63,420 nt of DNA, filler included, from Craspedostauros australis (GCA_030167865.1; 12 parts of 12 records of this genome joined end to end with filler, not necessarily neighbours in it), one strand, 5' to 3'. Shown: positions 36,941 to 49,084, numbered from the whole stretch's first letter. Translations and numbers: made by a program. The notes: generated from the sequence alone by a model not told the origin.

Positions 36941-37945
36941 TCAGCACTTTAAGATCTCTTCAACGATCGACCAGCCGTTGCTTCGTTTTTTGCTCTGCCA
37001 CTCCATCACGCATTCTTTGGCGGTGCGTCGGGAGGACATGTGCGGCCCATTCTCATCGCCAATCCCGCCGCCATGAGGATCGATGCTATTGATGTAGCGG
37101 ACACCGCTGCCAACAGCACCACCGTCGACAACTCCATCCTTACATCCATTCGACTCGTCCTGTAATCCATCGTAGGAATCGAACAGCCTTTGAGCGAGAA
37201 TCTGTTTTCGGAACAATTCTTTAGACGTATGCGCGAAGATGCGCTCGCAGTGGCTTAGGCGCAATCGGTAGTTGGCCGCGCTGCCAGGCGGAGCTTCGGT
37301 GTTGCCATAGCTTCCATCATCCATAAATGCGGCGCTTTCCATCTCGAAGCTCATCCATTCATCCAACCGGCGACCCATGGCATCCTGAATCTGCGATAAT
37401 GAGCTCATCTGGCTACGTAGCAGCGTGACCATTCGCTCATGACGTCGCAGATCCGCGTTGTACGCCATGCTCACATCATCTTCAGTCAACGCGGTTGGGG
37501 AGATGTCATTCGTTGTGGGCCGCTGCGGAGTTGACGACATAACTGCCATGGCGTTGGCTTGAAGGAACCCGTGACACGGCGGCGTTTCGTTCGTTCTCGT
37601 CCCTGCCACTACTTCTGCTGGAAGTTGTTGCGCTGCCGTGGACATCAAGTTTTGCACCCGCAGCTGTTTGAGCTGCTGTTGCTCCCATGCCAACCTCGTC
37701 CTCAGGTTGTGAATTGATTGAAGGATGTCGAACATTTGATCATCGAGCTGCGTCCATTCCTCCAACCTGCCGACGAATGCCTTGAATACCGACCCCGTTT
37801 GCTTCTGGTTGCGCTTGCGTTGTTGTTGTTGGCGATTTGCCGAGGAAGAAGGACTTGGCAGCGACGTGGATACTGCAGGTGGTGATCCTGGTGCCGACGA
37901 ACGGCCCAGCATGAAATCTTGGAAGGATTGTTGATAGTCTGCCAT
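36941..37945 (-). CDS. Hypothetical helical/coiled-coil protein
   Basis: Open 334-aa frame from MADYQQ with amphipathic segments (LEEWTQLDDQMFDILQSIHNLRTRL). Convergent with the ELP5-like gene. Confidence 0.7.
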   Translation of the reverse strand: MADYQQSFQDFMLGRSSAPGSPPAVSTSLPSPSSSANRQQQQRKRNQKQTGSVFKAFVGRLEEWTQLDDQMFDILQSIHNLRTRLAWEQQQLKQLRVQNLMSTAAQQLPAEVVAGTRTNETPPCHGFLQANAMAVMSSTPQRPTTNDISPTALTEDDVSMAYNADLRRHERMVTLLRSQMSSLSQIQDAMGRRLDEWMSFEMESAAFMDDGSYGNTEAPPGSAANYRLRLSHCERIFAHTSKELFRKQILAQRLFDSYDGLQDESNGCKDGVVDGGAVGSGVRYINSIDPHGGGIGDENGPHMSSRRTAKECVMEWQSKKRSNGWSIVEEILKC

Positions 37946-38328
37946 GTTGGATACTGTGTGTGTGTAATCAATGAAGACGGTGTCATCGAGGACAAGCAGA
38001 GTGTTAATGTAGAGTGTTGATACAGAGTGGCTCGAATGCTCGATGTGCCAGCGCTTCACCCTGTTGCTGCGCATGCACCTACAATCACGAATGCACTCGT
38101 CCGAATGGTACAATAACATCATGACGACGATGGGCGGCATACAGGAGGAAGCATAACATGGTAAGAACAGAAGCGAAGAGGCAATGGCAGTTTATGCTGT
38201 GAGAAATGTTTGTGGCTATATTGGCGCAATCGGAGGTGTTGCTGTGGGCGTGCAATCGCTCCTTGACGATGCAGCAATTCAACGGCGATGCCACGGAAAA
38301 TAGAAAGACCGTACTGCTTCGCGGCACC

Positions 38329-38580
38329 TCATTTTGTATCCGTCTTGAATTTATCCAGCTCGTCCTGATCTCTCTCCAGTTGCGCCCGGCGTTCCTTGAT
38401 GAGACGTCTGTACTCCTTGCGCTTCGCCTCCTGCGCTTCTCGGATGGCCTCTGGCTTTTCGGAGCTGAACAGATCATGACCAGGCCGGGTGTTAATGGAG
38501 TACACGGGGTAAGCACATGCGCCGATGAGGCTGATGCTGCCGACGGCAACCCAAACCTGCTGCGGCACCTTGGAGACGAC
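38329..38580 (-). CDS. Small single-transmembrane protein, probable last exon
   Basis: VWVAVGSISLIGACAYPVY followed by a charged helix. There is no in-frame ATG, and candidate AG acceptors lie just upstream. Confidence 0.45.
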   Translation of the reverse strand, partial: VVSKVPQQVWVAVGSISLIGACAYPVYSINTRPGHDLFSSEKPEAIREAQEAKRKEYRRLIKERRAQLERDQDELDKFKTDTK

Positions 38581-39569
38581 TGGGGGTATCGCAGTGTCGT
38601 CGTCAACGCGTTCGTCATCGCCAATGCCATCATCGTGGTGAAGAATATCGTGCCGGAAATTGCAGGCACGGTGGTGTGTATTGCAGAACGGAGCGAGATG
38701 ATCGCGTTCGGCGGCGTACGGACGGGCGGTAGATTAGCAGCAAGAGCAGAACATGGTATGGAATGAGATGGCGTGCGGTCGTGATGTGCGAGCACTCGTA
38801 GAAGACAAGTTGGATGGCTCGGAATGTCTCAGAAACGAAGCTCATGTGCTTGATGCAGCAATGCTCTGTGGTGCCAAGCGCACCAAGTGAACTCGAATCG
38901 AGTGATGCCGCAAGTCAGGCAAAGATCCAAGTATTCTCGTGATCCACCATGAGCGTGCATTCTCATGGGACGCGAGTAGAGAGCGGGCGGTTTCGATTTA
39001 TTCGGTGCGTATGATGGATTCGTTGGCTCTGGAGAGAGAACGCGTTGGCAGTTGCCACACTCACTTGATTGGATCATGGTGCGTGTGGATCTTCTGAATG
39101 ATCTTTTGATCGGGTCTCTCTCTCTCTCTGGAGTATTAGAGTATGGGTAGCCCGCACTGGTGCTGTTGTGTTCGCTGGTTGTCAATTGAGAGGCGGATGA
39201 GTCGGTGGGTTGATGGATGTGTGGATCGATTGAGGGATGACTTCAAATAGTGCAGTGAGAGTAGATGTTGGTATGGCCAGTTCCGTAGATAGAACAACTC
39301 ACGTTTGATTGCCGACAGGATGTTGTGTTGTCTTCGTGCTCCTTGAGTGAGGATGCTTTCTGATCGATGTGTTGTGATCCGAAACGAGGGAGTGTTTGTG
39401 CACGTGTGTGCACGTTGATGTTGGAGGGATGAGGTGGTTGGTGTTGTTCCTTGTCGGTCAAACCGAAGGATGATGTGTTGTTGTTGTTTCTTGTTACGGA
39501 GACGCTATCGGAGTACCTGGCTTCTGCTTTTTCGGAGACTGCTTTCTGGTTCCATCAGGCAGAGGAACC

Positions 39570-39800
39570 AATGTAAGAATTCAAAATCGTGACGGTGATA
39601 CACCATTCCATGTGGTGAGTAGGAATGCTGAGAAGGGGGTGGTGGTGATACTGCTCAACAGTTGGAGTGTGACGATCGATTTGGATATCAAGAACAACGC
39701 TGGCGAAACTGCGCTGGACGTTGTGAAACAGAGGGGGCTGGGAGACATTGTGCAGTTGTTGGATGGAGGACATGAGAAGGAGCGCATCAAGATGAAGTGA
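39570..39800 (+). pseudogene. Isolated ankyrin-repeat C-terminal fragment
   Basis: QNRDGDTPFHVVSR...DIKNNAGETALDVV...DIVQLL, with no evident upstream coding region. Confidence 0.65.
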
Positions 39801-40919
39801 CGTGCGTGATATTGTGTCCAGATGTCAGCACAGTGAGACCGACGTGTGCAGTGGTGAGATCGTGGGCTCTGGCTTGGAGGTAATTGTAATCGTTAGTTGT
39901 TGATTAGTTGGTTGTAGAGTTGATTGAACTCGCGAATTATGAGCTGATGATGAGGTGTTATTCTGTCAGATTGCAAGTTGCAGGGTCAGCAGCATCTCCC
40001 GTGTAATTCGTCCTCATCATCATTCTCATTCGACTTGGATCATCGCAATACACTGTGTTATACTTCATTTGGTCTTGGGTTGCGATGGCACCCCGAGGTC
40101 GTGCTCGGTTGGTGGATAGTTATCCAGATCCGCGATCGATTCAGATTGCTCGCCATGTTTGGTTCAAACACGACACACAAGAAACATTGTTGAAAATATG
40201 GCGCGCAGCGTTCCCAGGCTCGTGACTGATTTGATTTCGGAGCAAAATTCATTCACGACAAGGTTTGAGCACTTTCATGGTCACGGGGTATGCGGGTCAT
40301 TGGAATATTCCCACAGCGCGCCATTGTTGTTCTTGTTTGGTCGTGTCCAAATGAGTCCCTAGCTTCCACGACCGAAGTGTGTGATCCATTCAAATGAGTC
40401 GATAAAAGTAACCACAAAGATCCGTCACACCCACCAAACCGCGTCTCCAACTCCTCTCTCTTGTGCACATCTCGTCCGAGCAACATCATTGAACCACTGG
40501 ATGAAGCAGGTCCGAAGGCATCCATCAAACTGAAGTATTATGCGCTATCAATACAGCAAGCGAGGCAGCATCCAGCTTCGAACCAAAGGTTGCAACGATG
40601 GAGTTGAGTTGAGTTGAGTGCTCCTTCGTGTTCGTAGAATTGGCCAAACCGGAATGGTGTCAAATCAGGATCTCTGCTGTCCCCATGAGCGCGGTGGACG
40701 CATCGACCATCATCATCCACACGCTCATGGTATTCTATTGTTTGGTAATCTATTGTAGGGTATTCTATTGTATTATATGTTTGTGTATGGTGAAAATTGT
40801 GTGCGTCTGTATGCAGACGGGCAGTGTAGGTACTGCAGATGACATTCATGGTTGCGTACTCGTTCGGCGATTGGCTGCAATCGCATCTGCGACTTCAAGT
40901 CTAAGCGCAGGAAAGCAAG

Positions 40920-42215
40920 TTACTGAACCATCATGGCTGGCAGCACCTTGTGCAGAACAGGACTGAACCATTGCTGGACGATGTCCTTCGATCCGTACCA
41001 TCTCGATTCCGAGGCTTCAGATGTGAGAGATGTGTGTTGATCGTGCTCATGTTGATGCTGATGCTGGTTCTGCAGCATGGAGGTGTGGTACACGTTGTCC
41101 AACGTAATCTGGAGATTGGAACCCTCCAGGTGCGCAAGCGGCACAGGGACGATGCCATCACCGTCCTGGTGTCCTTGACCAGACAGCAACTTGTACGATT
41201 GGTACGCAAGCATGTGATCAGCATCTGGCTGTGAGGTGATGGTGTTTGGGGAAGGGATGTGCGCTTGCTGCTGCTCGACATTCAATGCAGATCCGGCAGC
41301 AGACACGTAGAAGAGACGGTCATTGAAGAAGGCACCTGGGAAGGTGTCGTGAACGATGCGGAGTGCACCGCCGGTGATATCGACGGATCCCTTGGGGCAT
41401 GGGATATGGGGAGACCCGAGCGTGACGATTCCCAGAATGCTGTCGATGTCAATCTGCAGATCCTTGCCGTTGGTTTCATCCATTCCGTATCCGACAGCGG
41501 CTCTGTTTATTGGAAGGAAGCGAATGATGAATGGTGAATGTGATGATGCATGGAGGGAGAACGCGAGTGTTGATAGTGTGAGTGAAACGAGTGGAGTAGA
41601 GCAGAGCAAAGCACTGAAGCATGCACAGGAGCAGTCGCACAGGAGCAAAGCCGCACCAAACTCACCTTGCGAGCCAGCCACCGGCGGAGTGTCCCNNNNN
41701 NNNNNNNNNNNNNNNNNNNNNNNNNNNNNNNNNNNNNNNNNNNNNNNNNNNNNNNNNNNNNNNNNNNNNNNNNNNNNNNNNNNNNNNNNNNNNNNNNNNN
41801 NNNNNNNNNNNNNNNNNNNNNNNNNNNNNNNNNNNNNNGTCTGTGCCCAATCATGTCGCTGGAGTGGCAGGACGTGGATGTGATCCATTGCGTTGGTCAT
41901 GTCGTTGTTGCTGTTGCTGTTGTCGTTGCCCCACCATCCAGCGTCGATGGCTTGCTGTGCGATGTTGGGAACAAGGTCATCGACGTAGTCGCTGGCTGCG
42001 GTTGCGAAGCCTGGAAGAACGAGGACGTGCGTTTGCTGTGGATTGATGTGAGTTGCCATGGCGGCTGGTGGCGGTCCTTGTCGTGTGTGTGTGGTTGATG
42101 TTTTTGACGCCGATGGTGTGTTGTGTGTCACCCACGCTTGGCAGTTTGTGATGGAGTTGCACAGACACAGCAGCGTGAGTGTGATGAGTGCTGTCGTGTT
42201 GTTGTATGCTGTCAT
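40920..42215 (-). CDS. Alpha/beta-hydrolase (PGAP1/lipase-like) with targeting peptide; one intron at 41503-41665
   Basis: VLPGF, GHSAGGWLAR nucleophile elbow, IVTLGSPH, DGDGIVP and NVYH. A GTGAGT...AACAG intron joins WLA-R-AAVGY. Signal peptide followed by QA-WV. An N gap lies inside. Confidence 0.85.
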   Translation of the reverse strand: MTAYNNTTALITLTLLCLCNSITNCQAWVTHNTPSASKTSTTHTRQGPPPAAMATHINPQQTHVLVLPGFATAASDYVDDLVPNIAQQAIDAGWWGNDNSNSNNDMTNAMDHIHVLPLQRHDWAQXXXXXXXXXXXXXXXXXXXXXXXXXXXXXXXXXXXXXXXXXXXXXXXXXDTPPVAGSQGEFGAALLLCDCSCACFSALLCSTPLVSLTLSTLAFSLHASSHSPFIIRFLPINRAAVGYGMDETNGKDLQIDIDSILGIVTLGSPHIPCPKGSVDITGGALRIVHDTFPGAFFNDRLFYVSAAGSALNVEQQQAHIPSPNTITSQPDADHMLAYQSYKLLSGQGHQDGDGIVPVPLAHLEGSNLQITLDNVYHTSMLQNQHQHQHEHDQHTSLTSEASESRWYGSKDIVQQWFSPVLHKVLPAMMVQ

Positions 42216-42228
42216 TGCGGTTGCTGTT

Positions 42229-42229
<1 letters not shown>

Positions 42230-42282
<53 letters not shown>

Positions 42283-42283
42283 G
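42230..42283. repeat. (GTT)n/(AAC)n microsatellite upstream of the hydrolase ATG
   Basis: About 17 trinucleotide units. A similar ACA-rich tract precedes the divergent gene at about 44020-44075. Confidence 0.95.
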
Positions 42284-44103
42284 CGGTTTGTGGAGTGGAT
42301 GGATTTGTATTTTGTGAGAGGAAGGTCGAGCTGTTTTGTTTTGCTTCGCTTCCCACAGAGAGGACGAAGGTACCAGCTTGCCGACCCAAGAGCGGCAACC
42401 TCCGCAATCTGTCATACAGGTTCCAGTCATGGAGTGCAGAGAACACAACGCCCTGGAGCAGTCTCAACCACACTTCCATCCCCAAGCATTAGTCTTGTTC
42501 GGCACACAGGAAATACACGTGGGTCCACAAGCAGCGAGCACCCGCAAAACACACGAAGTTGTGGTGTTGTGTGGTGAAAGTGAGCTTGGTGCAAACGTGT
42601 GGAAACATGAACACCGGTTTGTCATGAATTCGTTGCCACGTCCATCCTTGATGGCCAATCAGAAGCCTCTATCAGTCTTTCGTCAACACGGCTTCAATGA
42701 TCTCACACCCAACCACGAACAACACGTTACGAAAGACAACATCCCTTCTCCCCACACAAAGAACAACAACAACCCGAGATGCATAGTTGGGCGTGTTGGT
42801 CGTGAATGACTTATCCTGTCCATACTAACTGTTAATTGGTTCTCGGAGAAACCCCCATAAATCCACAAACATCATCATCATTGGGCTAGAAGTACTCAAG
42901 AGAACAACCACAACAAGAACAACAAGACAACAGGTCCTTCACGACTCAACCAGTTCACATTTTCACCAAACAAGATGGAGCAAACTGGTTGCAGAGCAAC
43001 TGCAGAGAGGAGGATGGATGGTCTGCATGGTATGCATGGCGAAGATGATGTTGGTTCGTATGATTGGGTCTGTATCACCATGATGATGATGATCAGAAGC
43101 ACGCGAGACGTCGCATTGCCAGCAGTCTATCACTGTGTACGGGTCTCTGTTCTCGCATTTGCAGCTGCGGATGCTTCCACAGTCGCCCGCCACAACTGTA
43201 CGTCATACTCAAACTCAAATAACGAAGCAAATAGAGTAGCTGGTCTTCAAGTGTCGCACGATTGGTGATGGTGCTCAAGCTGCTGTTCCCTGCCAATGCT
43301 CCCTCATCACGAAAGCTGCTGGACTACTGGGTTGCATGTACATGCTTCGACCATGTGTAGGTCGCCTGTGTGGATGATGAGACGTGCGCATCTGTCGGAG
43401 TATGAATACATGGTGAGAGAGAAGAGGAGGAAGGATGGCACGATCAGGAGGATGTCCATGGTTCGGACTTACAGCGCGCGAGTATCCCTAATGATTTTGG
43501 CCTGGTACTGGCCTACGTAGCTTGCGTCCCGACGCAAATTGGAGGTGCAGTTTGCGTCCCCACTCTGCCGTTGCTTGGACCAAAGTATGTGGTATGTGGT
43601 ATGTGATTTGATTTGGGATTCGGATCACCGCACAAGACCAACCTCTCCACATCCACCGGTGTTGTTGCATCATTGCTCTTGCCTTGTTCGGGCCTGGTTG
43701 AGTGTTTGTGTGTGGGCACCAATTGTTCGCCGCTGGCATGAACTGATGGATGACGTGTTTCGGCAACCAACCAGATCACTCCTTCACATTTCGGGATTGG
43801 CGATTGGGTTTCGTGGGGATCGGTCAAACTGGTGACGTTGCTGTGAATGGCGATTCTGCATGGAGTATCATGACTCCAACACCCACGTGTTGTTCTTCTC
43901 CCTCTGTACAGTCTTCTCCACTGTGGTTGTGTTTGTGGATGTGCACGACTGCCTGTTGGCGTGGATTCTTCCGATGTCCATCCTCTCCTCACAAAATCAA
44001 AAGCGACACAAACACAACAGCCACAACATCCACAACAACAACAACATCCACAACAACAACAACAACAACAAATAATAACACACAATACACACACAATACA
44101 ATC

Positions 44104-44991
44104 ATGATCATGAACAGCAACAGCAAGCCAACCACATCCAGCGTCAAGCTCTCCCTTTTCCTTGCACTCCTCGTCCTCGCAGCACCATGCGCCAACAACC
44201 AAGCACAGGCATTCACCACAAGACAACCAACATCAACCAACACCCAGCTCTTCGCCACCATGTTTGAGTCCGAGCAACCATCGGCATCCCGTTTCGCATT
44301 CCTTCAAAACGCCAGACAAGCCATCGCATCCAACGTGCCACAACAACCTTTCCAGGATGCAGCCACACCTGCCGATCCTCTCTGGAGCACTGCCGCCAAC
44401 ACTGACGCCACTCCATCCCTGCCATCAACGTCGACATCCCGACGTGCATGGATGCATTCCATGGCCGCCTTGGCCGTCGCCGCCACATGTACAACGGAAC
44501 AGAAGCAGCTCAACCTGTCGGACGAGCAACTGGCACAGATCATCATCAGCGACATCGTCAACAAGAAGTCGCTCGTCACNGCCGATGTCACCAANTCCAT
44601 CTACGATGAGCAGGCCACCTTCAAGGACGGATCCGACCTCGATGGCAAGTACTACCGCGAGCAATGGGTCCGCGGCTGCCGAATGCTCTTCGACGCAGCT
44701 GAATGCGAGTCGCGACTCATCGAGGACACCCTTTCGGTGACCAAGCATGCCGTGACCTTCCGCTTCGAGGAGGACTTGACATTCCGCGGTCCATTCTCGC
44801 CCAAGTGCTTCCTGAGTGGAACCGTCGTCATGAAGCGCTGCCCAGTGTCCGGACTGATCAAGTCTTACGAGGAGATCTGGGACAAGGATGTGTCAAGCAT
44901 CGTGAAGTCTGCGAAGCTTCAGGGTGGCAACAGCATGACTGACCTCTTCATGGCTCGTCTTCAGTCTTCGGATGACAGCGTCATGGCATAA
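44104..44991 (+). CDS. Probable plastid-targeted NTF2/SnoaL-like (DUF2358-type) protein
   Basis: Signal peptide LSLFLALLVLAA then QA-FTT, an SRRAW transit-like motif, and an IYDEQATFKD...GLIKSYEEIWD domain pattern. Confidence 0.7.
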   Translation: MIMNSNSKPTTSSVKLSLFLALLVLAAPCANNQAQAFTTRQPTSTNTQLFATMFESEQPSASRFAFLQNARQAIASNVPQQPFQDAATPADPLWSTAANTDATPSLPSTSTSRRAWMHSMAALAVAATCTTEQKQLNLSDEQLAQIIISDIVNKKSLVXADVTXSIYDEQATFKDGSDLDGKYYREQWVRGCRMLFDAAECESRLIEDTLSVTKHAVTFRFEEDLTFRGPFSPKCFLSGTVVMKRCPVSGLIKSYEEIWDKDVSSIVKSAKLQGGNSMTDLFMARLQSSDDSVMA

Positions 44992-46334
44992 ACAAATGTG
45001 CTACAACACCACGAGGCTTGTTGTGAAGCCTCACGCATCCCCGTGCACATTCTCGCACATCTCCACACACACACACAATTTTTCACGCAAGGAAGTGAAT
45101 CTCATCACGACCGAGCATCAACGCCAATACAGCAACCATACAGCAACCATACAGCACCCAATACACCATAGAACATAGAATACAATAGAATACACGCAAT
45201 AGAATAGAATACAACAAGAATACAATACACAATCGATCACTCGACAAACATCATCTTGTACTCGTGGAGCGTTGAGCAGTGTACTCCCTGGCTTGATGTC
45301 AAAACTACGCTCACTACTCGCTTTCGGCACATCCTGTCAAACATCAAGGGACTTCGCGAGGAGATCAACGCCTGCAGCAACGACGATGAGGCCGCCGTCT
45401 TCGAGTCTGCCCTTCGCATGGAGACTGCTGCCATGGACAAGCTGAACCAGGACGAGGAGAACGGCAGTGCCGCCGAGAGCGACGAGGAGATGGGTGTGCA
45501 GAAGTGAGCACGTTGCCACTTGGCGCATTGAGGCGCAACCACAGCGCGTCGCATCGACACACCAGCGCACCAACGCACCCGCACATGTATCACGCCGCCG
45601 ATGGCATCTTTGAGATGCATCGTGAATCTCAGACCATGGCGCCACTTGCCTCCAATAGATGCAAAGCGCATTCGCATGCCATACATACCTGTCACAGCAC
45701 AACACATCGCAACACATCACAATGCATGGGCTAGACAGAGGTACCATGGCCTTGCAACACAAAGCGACGTTGAGCGCAGAACAGCGTACCATCCTCTCAT
45801 ATTTCAATAATTGTAGCCCACTAAACAATAGTACAGTAACGGCTGATTTACGTCGACGATGGATGTTAAGCACTTGGCAGCTGCTAAGAGAGACTACTTT
45901 GACGGGTGGGTGGTTGGTTCTTATTAGCGCACGCTAAATCTCTAACAATAGCGACACCCGTCGACCAATCAGAAATATCCACTTTTCTTACCTTTTCCGT
46001 TCCGAACGGAAATTTTGGTCGAAAATCCGTTGTGTCAGATTTGTGTCGCATTTCGCGTCGCAAGAATCGTTTTCCCTCAATCACAGATCCAAAAATGTCG
46101 TGGAAATTGATTTCTTGCCAAGATGAGCCAATCTGCCCAATCAGGACAGTCTTGGATCTTGGGTGTGACACGTGCGAATCTTGCCCTGACCTTCTCAAGT
46201 GAATACGATCAATCGTGTGATCGTACTACTAGCANNNNNNNNNNNNNNNNNNNNNNNNNNNNNNNNNNNNNNNNNNNNTTAATTAATTAANNNNNNNNNN
46301 NNNNNNNNNNNNNNNNNNNNNNNNNNNNNNNNNN

Positions 46335-46596
46335 CGGCCTCCTCTTTAGGAGTCATGGCACTTGGCTTCTTGGCTTCTTCGTCGTCCTTCTTCTTGCCTT
46401 TCACAGGGAGGGAAGCAAAGGAGGGGACGAAAGGTTCTTCTTTCACAACCACATCACCCATGTCCTTGAGATACAAGTCTCCATAGCCCTTTCGATTGGC
46501 GCGGGCCAGGAACTTCGCACTCCAAGCTTTCCAGCTGGACCGCTTGCCGTCGAACATGATCATGTAACGATCAGTCTTACCTANGAAGGATGTCAT
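46335..46596 (-). CDS. Ty1/copia Gag N-terminus, family C (partial)
   Basis: FDGKRSSWKAWSAKFLARANRKGY, a typical copia Gag N-terminal motif, downstream of a leader and LTR. Confidence 0.85.
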
Positions 46597-46720
46597 GGTG
46601 ATGATGATGATGANAGGATGTTTGTTGCTGTGTTGATGGTGGTAGAAACGTAGGATTTCAATCGTAACGTTTCGAAACGTGTTGGAAATCCGGGGTTATA
46701 GTTAGTACTAAGTCCTAATC

Positions 46721-47401
46721 TGCTGTTAGAAACTGTACCGTTTTAGAACTGTGAGCACAATCTCACTTTCTCTTCCGATTTCGTCTTCATGGCAGGCATC
46801 TGTCGCGGTGGCGACACGGGGCATCCTGTTGTCTCTTAGGTGCTTCCCTCTTCATTCATCATGCTCTGTTCTTGCTCCCTTGTCTCTGCATCGTCGTAGC
46901 TGTCTACGCTTGCATGGTAGGGATCTGCAGTCTTGAGTTCTTGCCTATCTCATGTTTCCGTCGTTGATCTCGCGACACCATCGTCTCATGGTTGATGTCA
47001 CCTTTGGTGATGTTCCAAACCTGCGGTTGTTCTGATCCTTTCTGATGTTCCAAACCTGCGGATGTTCTTGTCCGCAGGAGGGGCGTGCGCTGTCCTCTGA
47101 AGAAGGTGCGTCACTTGCCCATGGACATGCTGTTCTGATCGACGTCGTCGTCTGGGTGATTGCCATGGTTGGCGTGGTATCGGGACCTCCTGATCCGCCG
47201 TGGGTGTCGTCCTTATGTTACTGGAGGACAGGCTACCCTCCTCGCGGTTATATAGGTATCAATCGCGTCCGTATGCTTAGTCATAGTCATAATGACATGG
47301 CATGTAAAGGTGTGACAAATAGTCTCAGAACAAGTGACGAATAATATTCAAAGTTGTGATGAACAATGTTGGGAGGTTCGGCAATCATGGGTATTCCGAC
47401 A
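46721..47401 (-). mobile_element. Putative 5' LTR of family C (about 681 bp)
   Basis: Minus strand reads TGTCGGAAT...AACAGCA, followed by GATTAGGA, the leader and gag. The outer end coincides with an abrupt start of host coding sequence. Confidence 0.65.
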
Positions 47402-48968
47402 AAGTCGTACCCTCAATTCCTAACAAGAGCTGTCCGAAGTAAGCTCATCGCCAACTGAGCCGCCGACTGCTAGTCCAACTACCACCAGTCCAGCAGATCC
47501 CCCCACCTCGTCCCCCACAGATGACATGACCGGACCGCCAACGGGCCCTCCAGCTGAGATTCCCTCAATGCCGCCTGCCACCCAGCCGTCGGCTGCTCCA
47601 GCCATCGTCGATTCCACCATCGAGGTCGTTTGCAAGCCAGATGGTACCACCATCCTCACGCCACAAGAGGCAAGCGCCAAGACAATCATTTGCGATGGAA
47701 ACAAGCCCTCCTGCCGCGAAGCTATCACCGCCGTCAAGGGGTCCAAGCAACTGCAGAACTTTTTCGGATGCGCAGGAGACCTTGGCGAAGATGCCGCACG
47801 CAAGCTCTTCAACAAGTACTCGTCAAACGACGTGCTCTCAGGACAATTGTCCCTGATCGCTGTCGCCAACGCGATCCTTGTCACCGAGCGAGCAGATGCC
47901 ATGGACACAGCATGCGCAGCCATCGCGGCGATGCAATCGCCTCCCGTCCCCACCCCATGCTGCCAAGGACCCTCGGGATGCACCTCAGTCACCGGTTCCG
48001 CCTCCAACTCCCCTCCATTCATGACCGTCACCGTCACAGCATGCACCGGCGACAGCGCATGCAAGGATATGGGCCCCAATCCCCTCATCCTCGATTCCTC
48101 CTGCACTGGAGACAGCGCATGTGAGTTGATGAATGAGAACGAGATCAACCCGTCTATCACAGGAGTCACCTTCGTCGGTGAGATGGCATGCACCACCCCT
48201 CAATCTTGTGAGGGAGTGGGACGTCGTTCTCATGGTGATGTCACCATCCAGACCGGCGCATGCATCGGATCAGACGCATGCAATGCAGCTGGCCGTCGTG
48301 TGGAGCAATCAGCGCCATCCTTTCGCTTCCGCAGCCACATCGATATTGGCCCGAATGCGTGTGTTGGTAGCAATGCCTGCAAGGACGCCCATTCAACCGT
48401 CAACCATGGCACTGGTGGCAAGTATGCAGGCAGCCTGACCATTGGTGCAGGTGGTTGCGCCGCCGATGGGTCATGTGAGAAGATTGGCTTCAGTGACAGG
48501 ATGAGAACCGACCTCGTCGTCCCTCCTGGTGAATGTGGCAGCGTTGATAGCTGCAGAGGATGCATGACAAAGACAGAGTGCGACTCCGACGAGGTCTACA
48601 TCATCATTGATGTCGATGGGGCCTGTCCAAAGGGAGGCAACGATAGCAATATGAATCCCACTGGTGACAAGGTGGAGGAGTACTGCATTGGCAAGGACAC
48701 CTTGCCCACAGACTCTCCGACCTTTTCTCCCACTCCTTTCCCCACACCTCTCACGTCAGCTCCCACATCAGCCCCAACAGCTCCGACAGCAGCTCCAACA
48801 TCAGCTCCCACATCGGCTCCGACGTCAGCCCCAACAGCTCCGACAGCAGCTCCTACATCAGCTCCCACATCGGCTCCCACATCGGCTCCGACGTCAGCCC
48901 CAACTTCAGCTCCAACTTCAGCTCCGACATCAACTCCCACATCGGCTCCCACATCGGCTCCGACGTCA
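47402..48968 (+). pseudogene. Cys-rich, PTSA-repeat (mucin-like/cell-surface) protein, 5'-interrupted
   Basis: Repeated AC-x-G-x-x-AC motifs and Pro/Thr/Ser tracts. Coding-like sequence extends upstream of ATG 47526 to the LTR edge with one TAA at 47421. No signal peptide is present. Confidence 0.65.
48755..48968. repeat. 12-bp-based coding repeat (APTS)n
   Basis: Tandem TCAGCTCCCACA-like units running into the scaffold end. Confidence 0.9.
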
Positions 48969-49084
48969 NNNNNNNNNNNNNNNNNNNNNNNNNNNNNNNN
49001 NNNNNNNNNNNNTTAATTAATTAANNNNNNNNNNNNNNNNNNNNNNNNNNNNNNNNNNNNNNNNNNNNGACTACGATGAGATAC

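Noticed and set aside
42216..42485. N-terminal poly-Thr extensions of the 521-aa and 413-aa ORFs
   Set aside because: They derive from upstream (AAC)n tracts. Downstream ATGs (42215, 44104) directly precede signal peptides.
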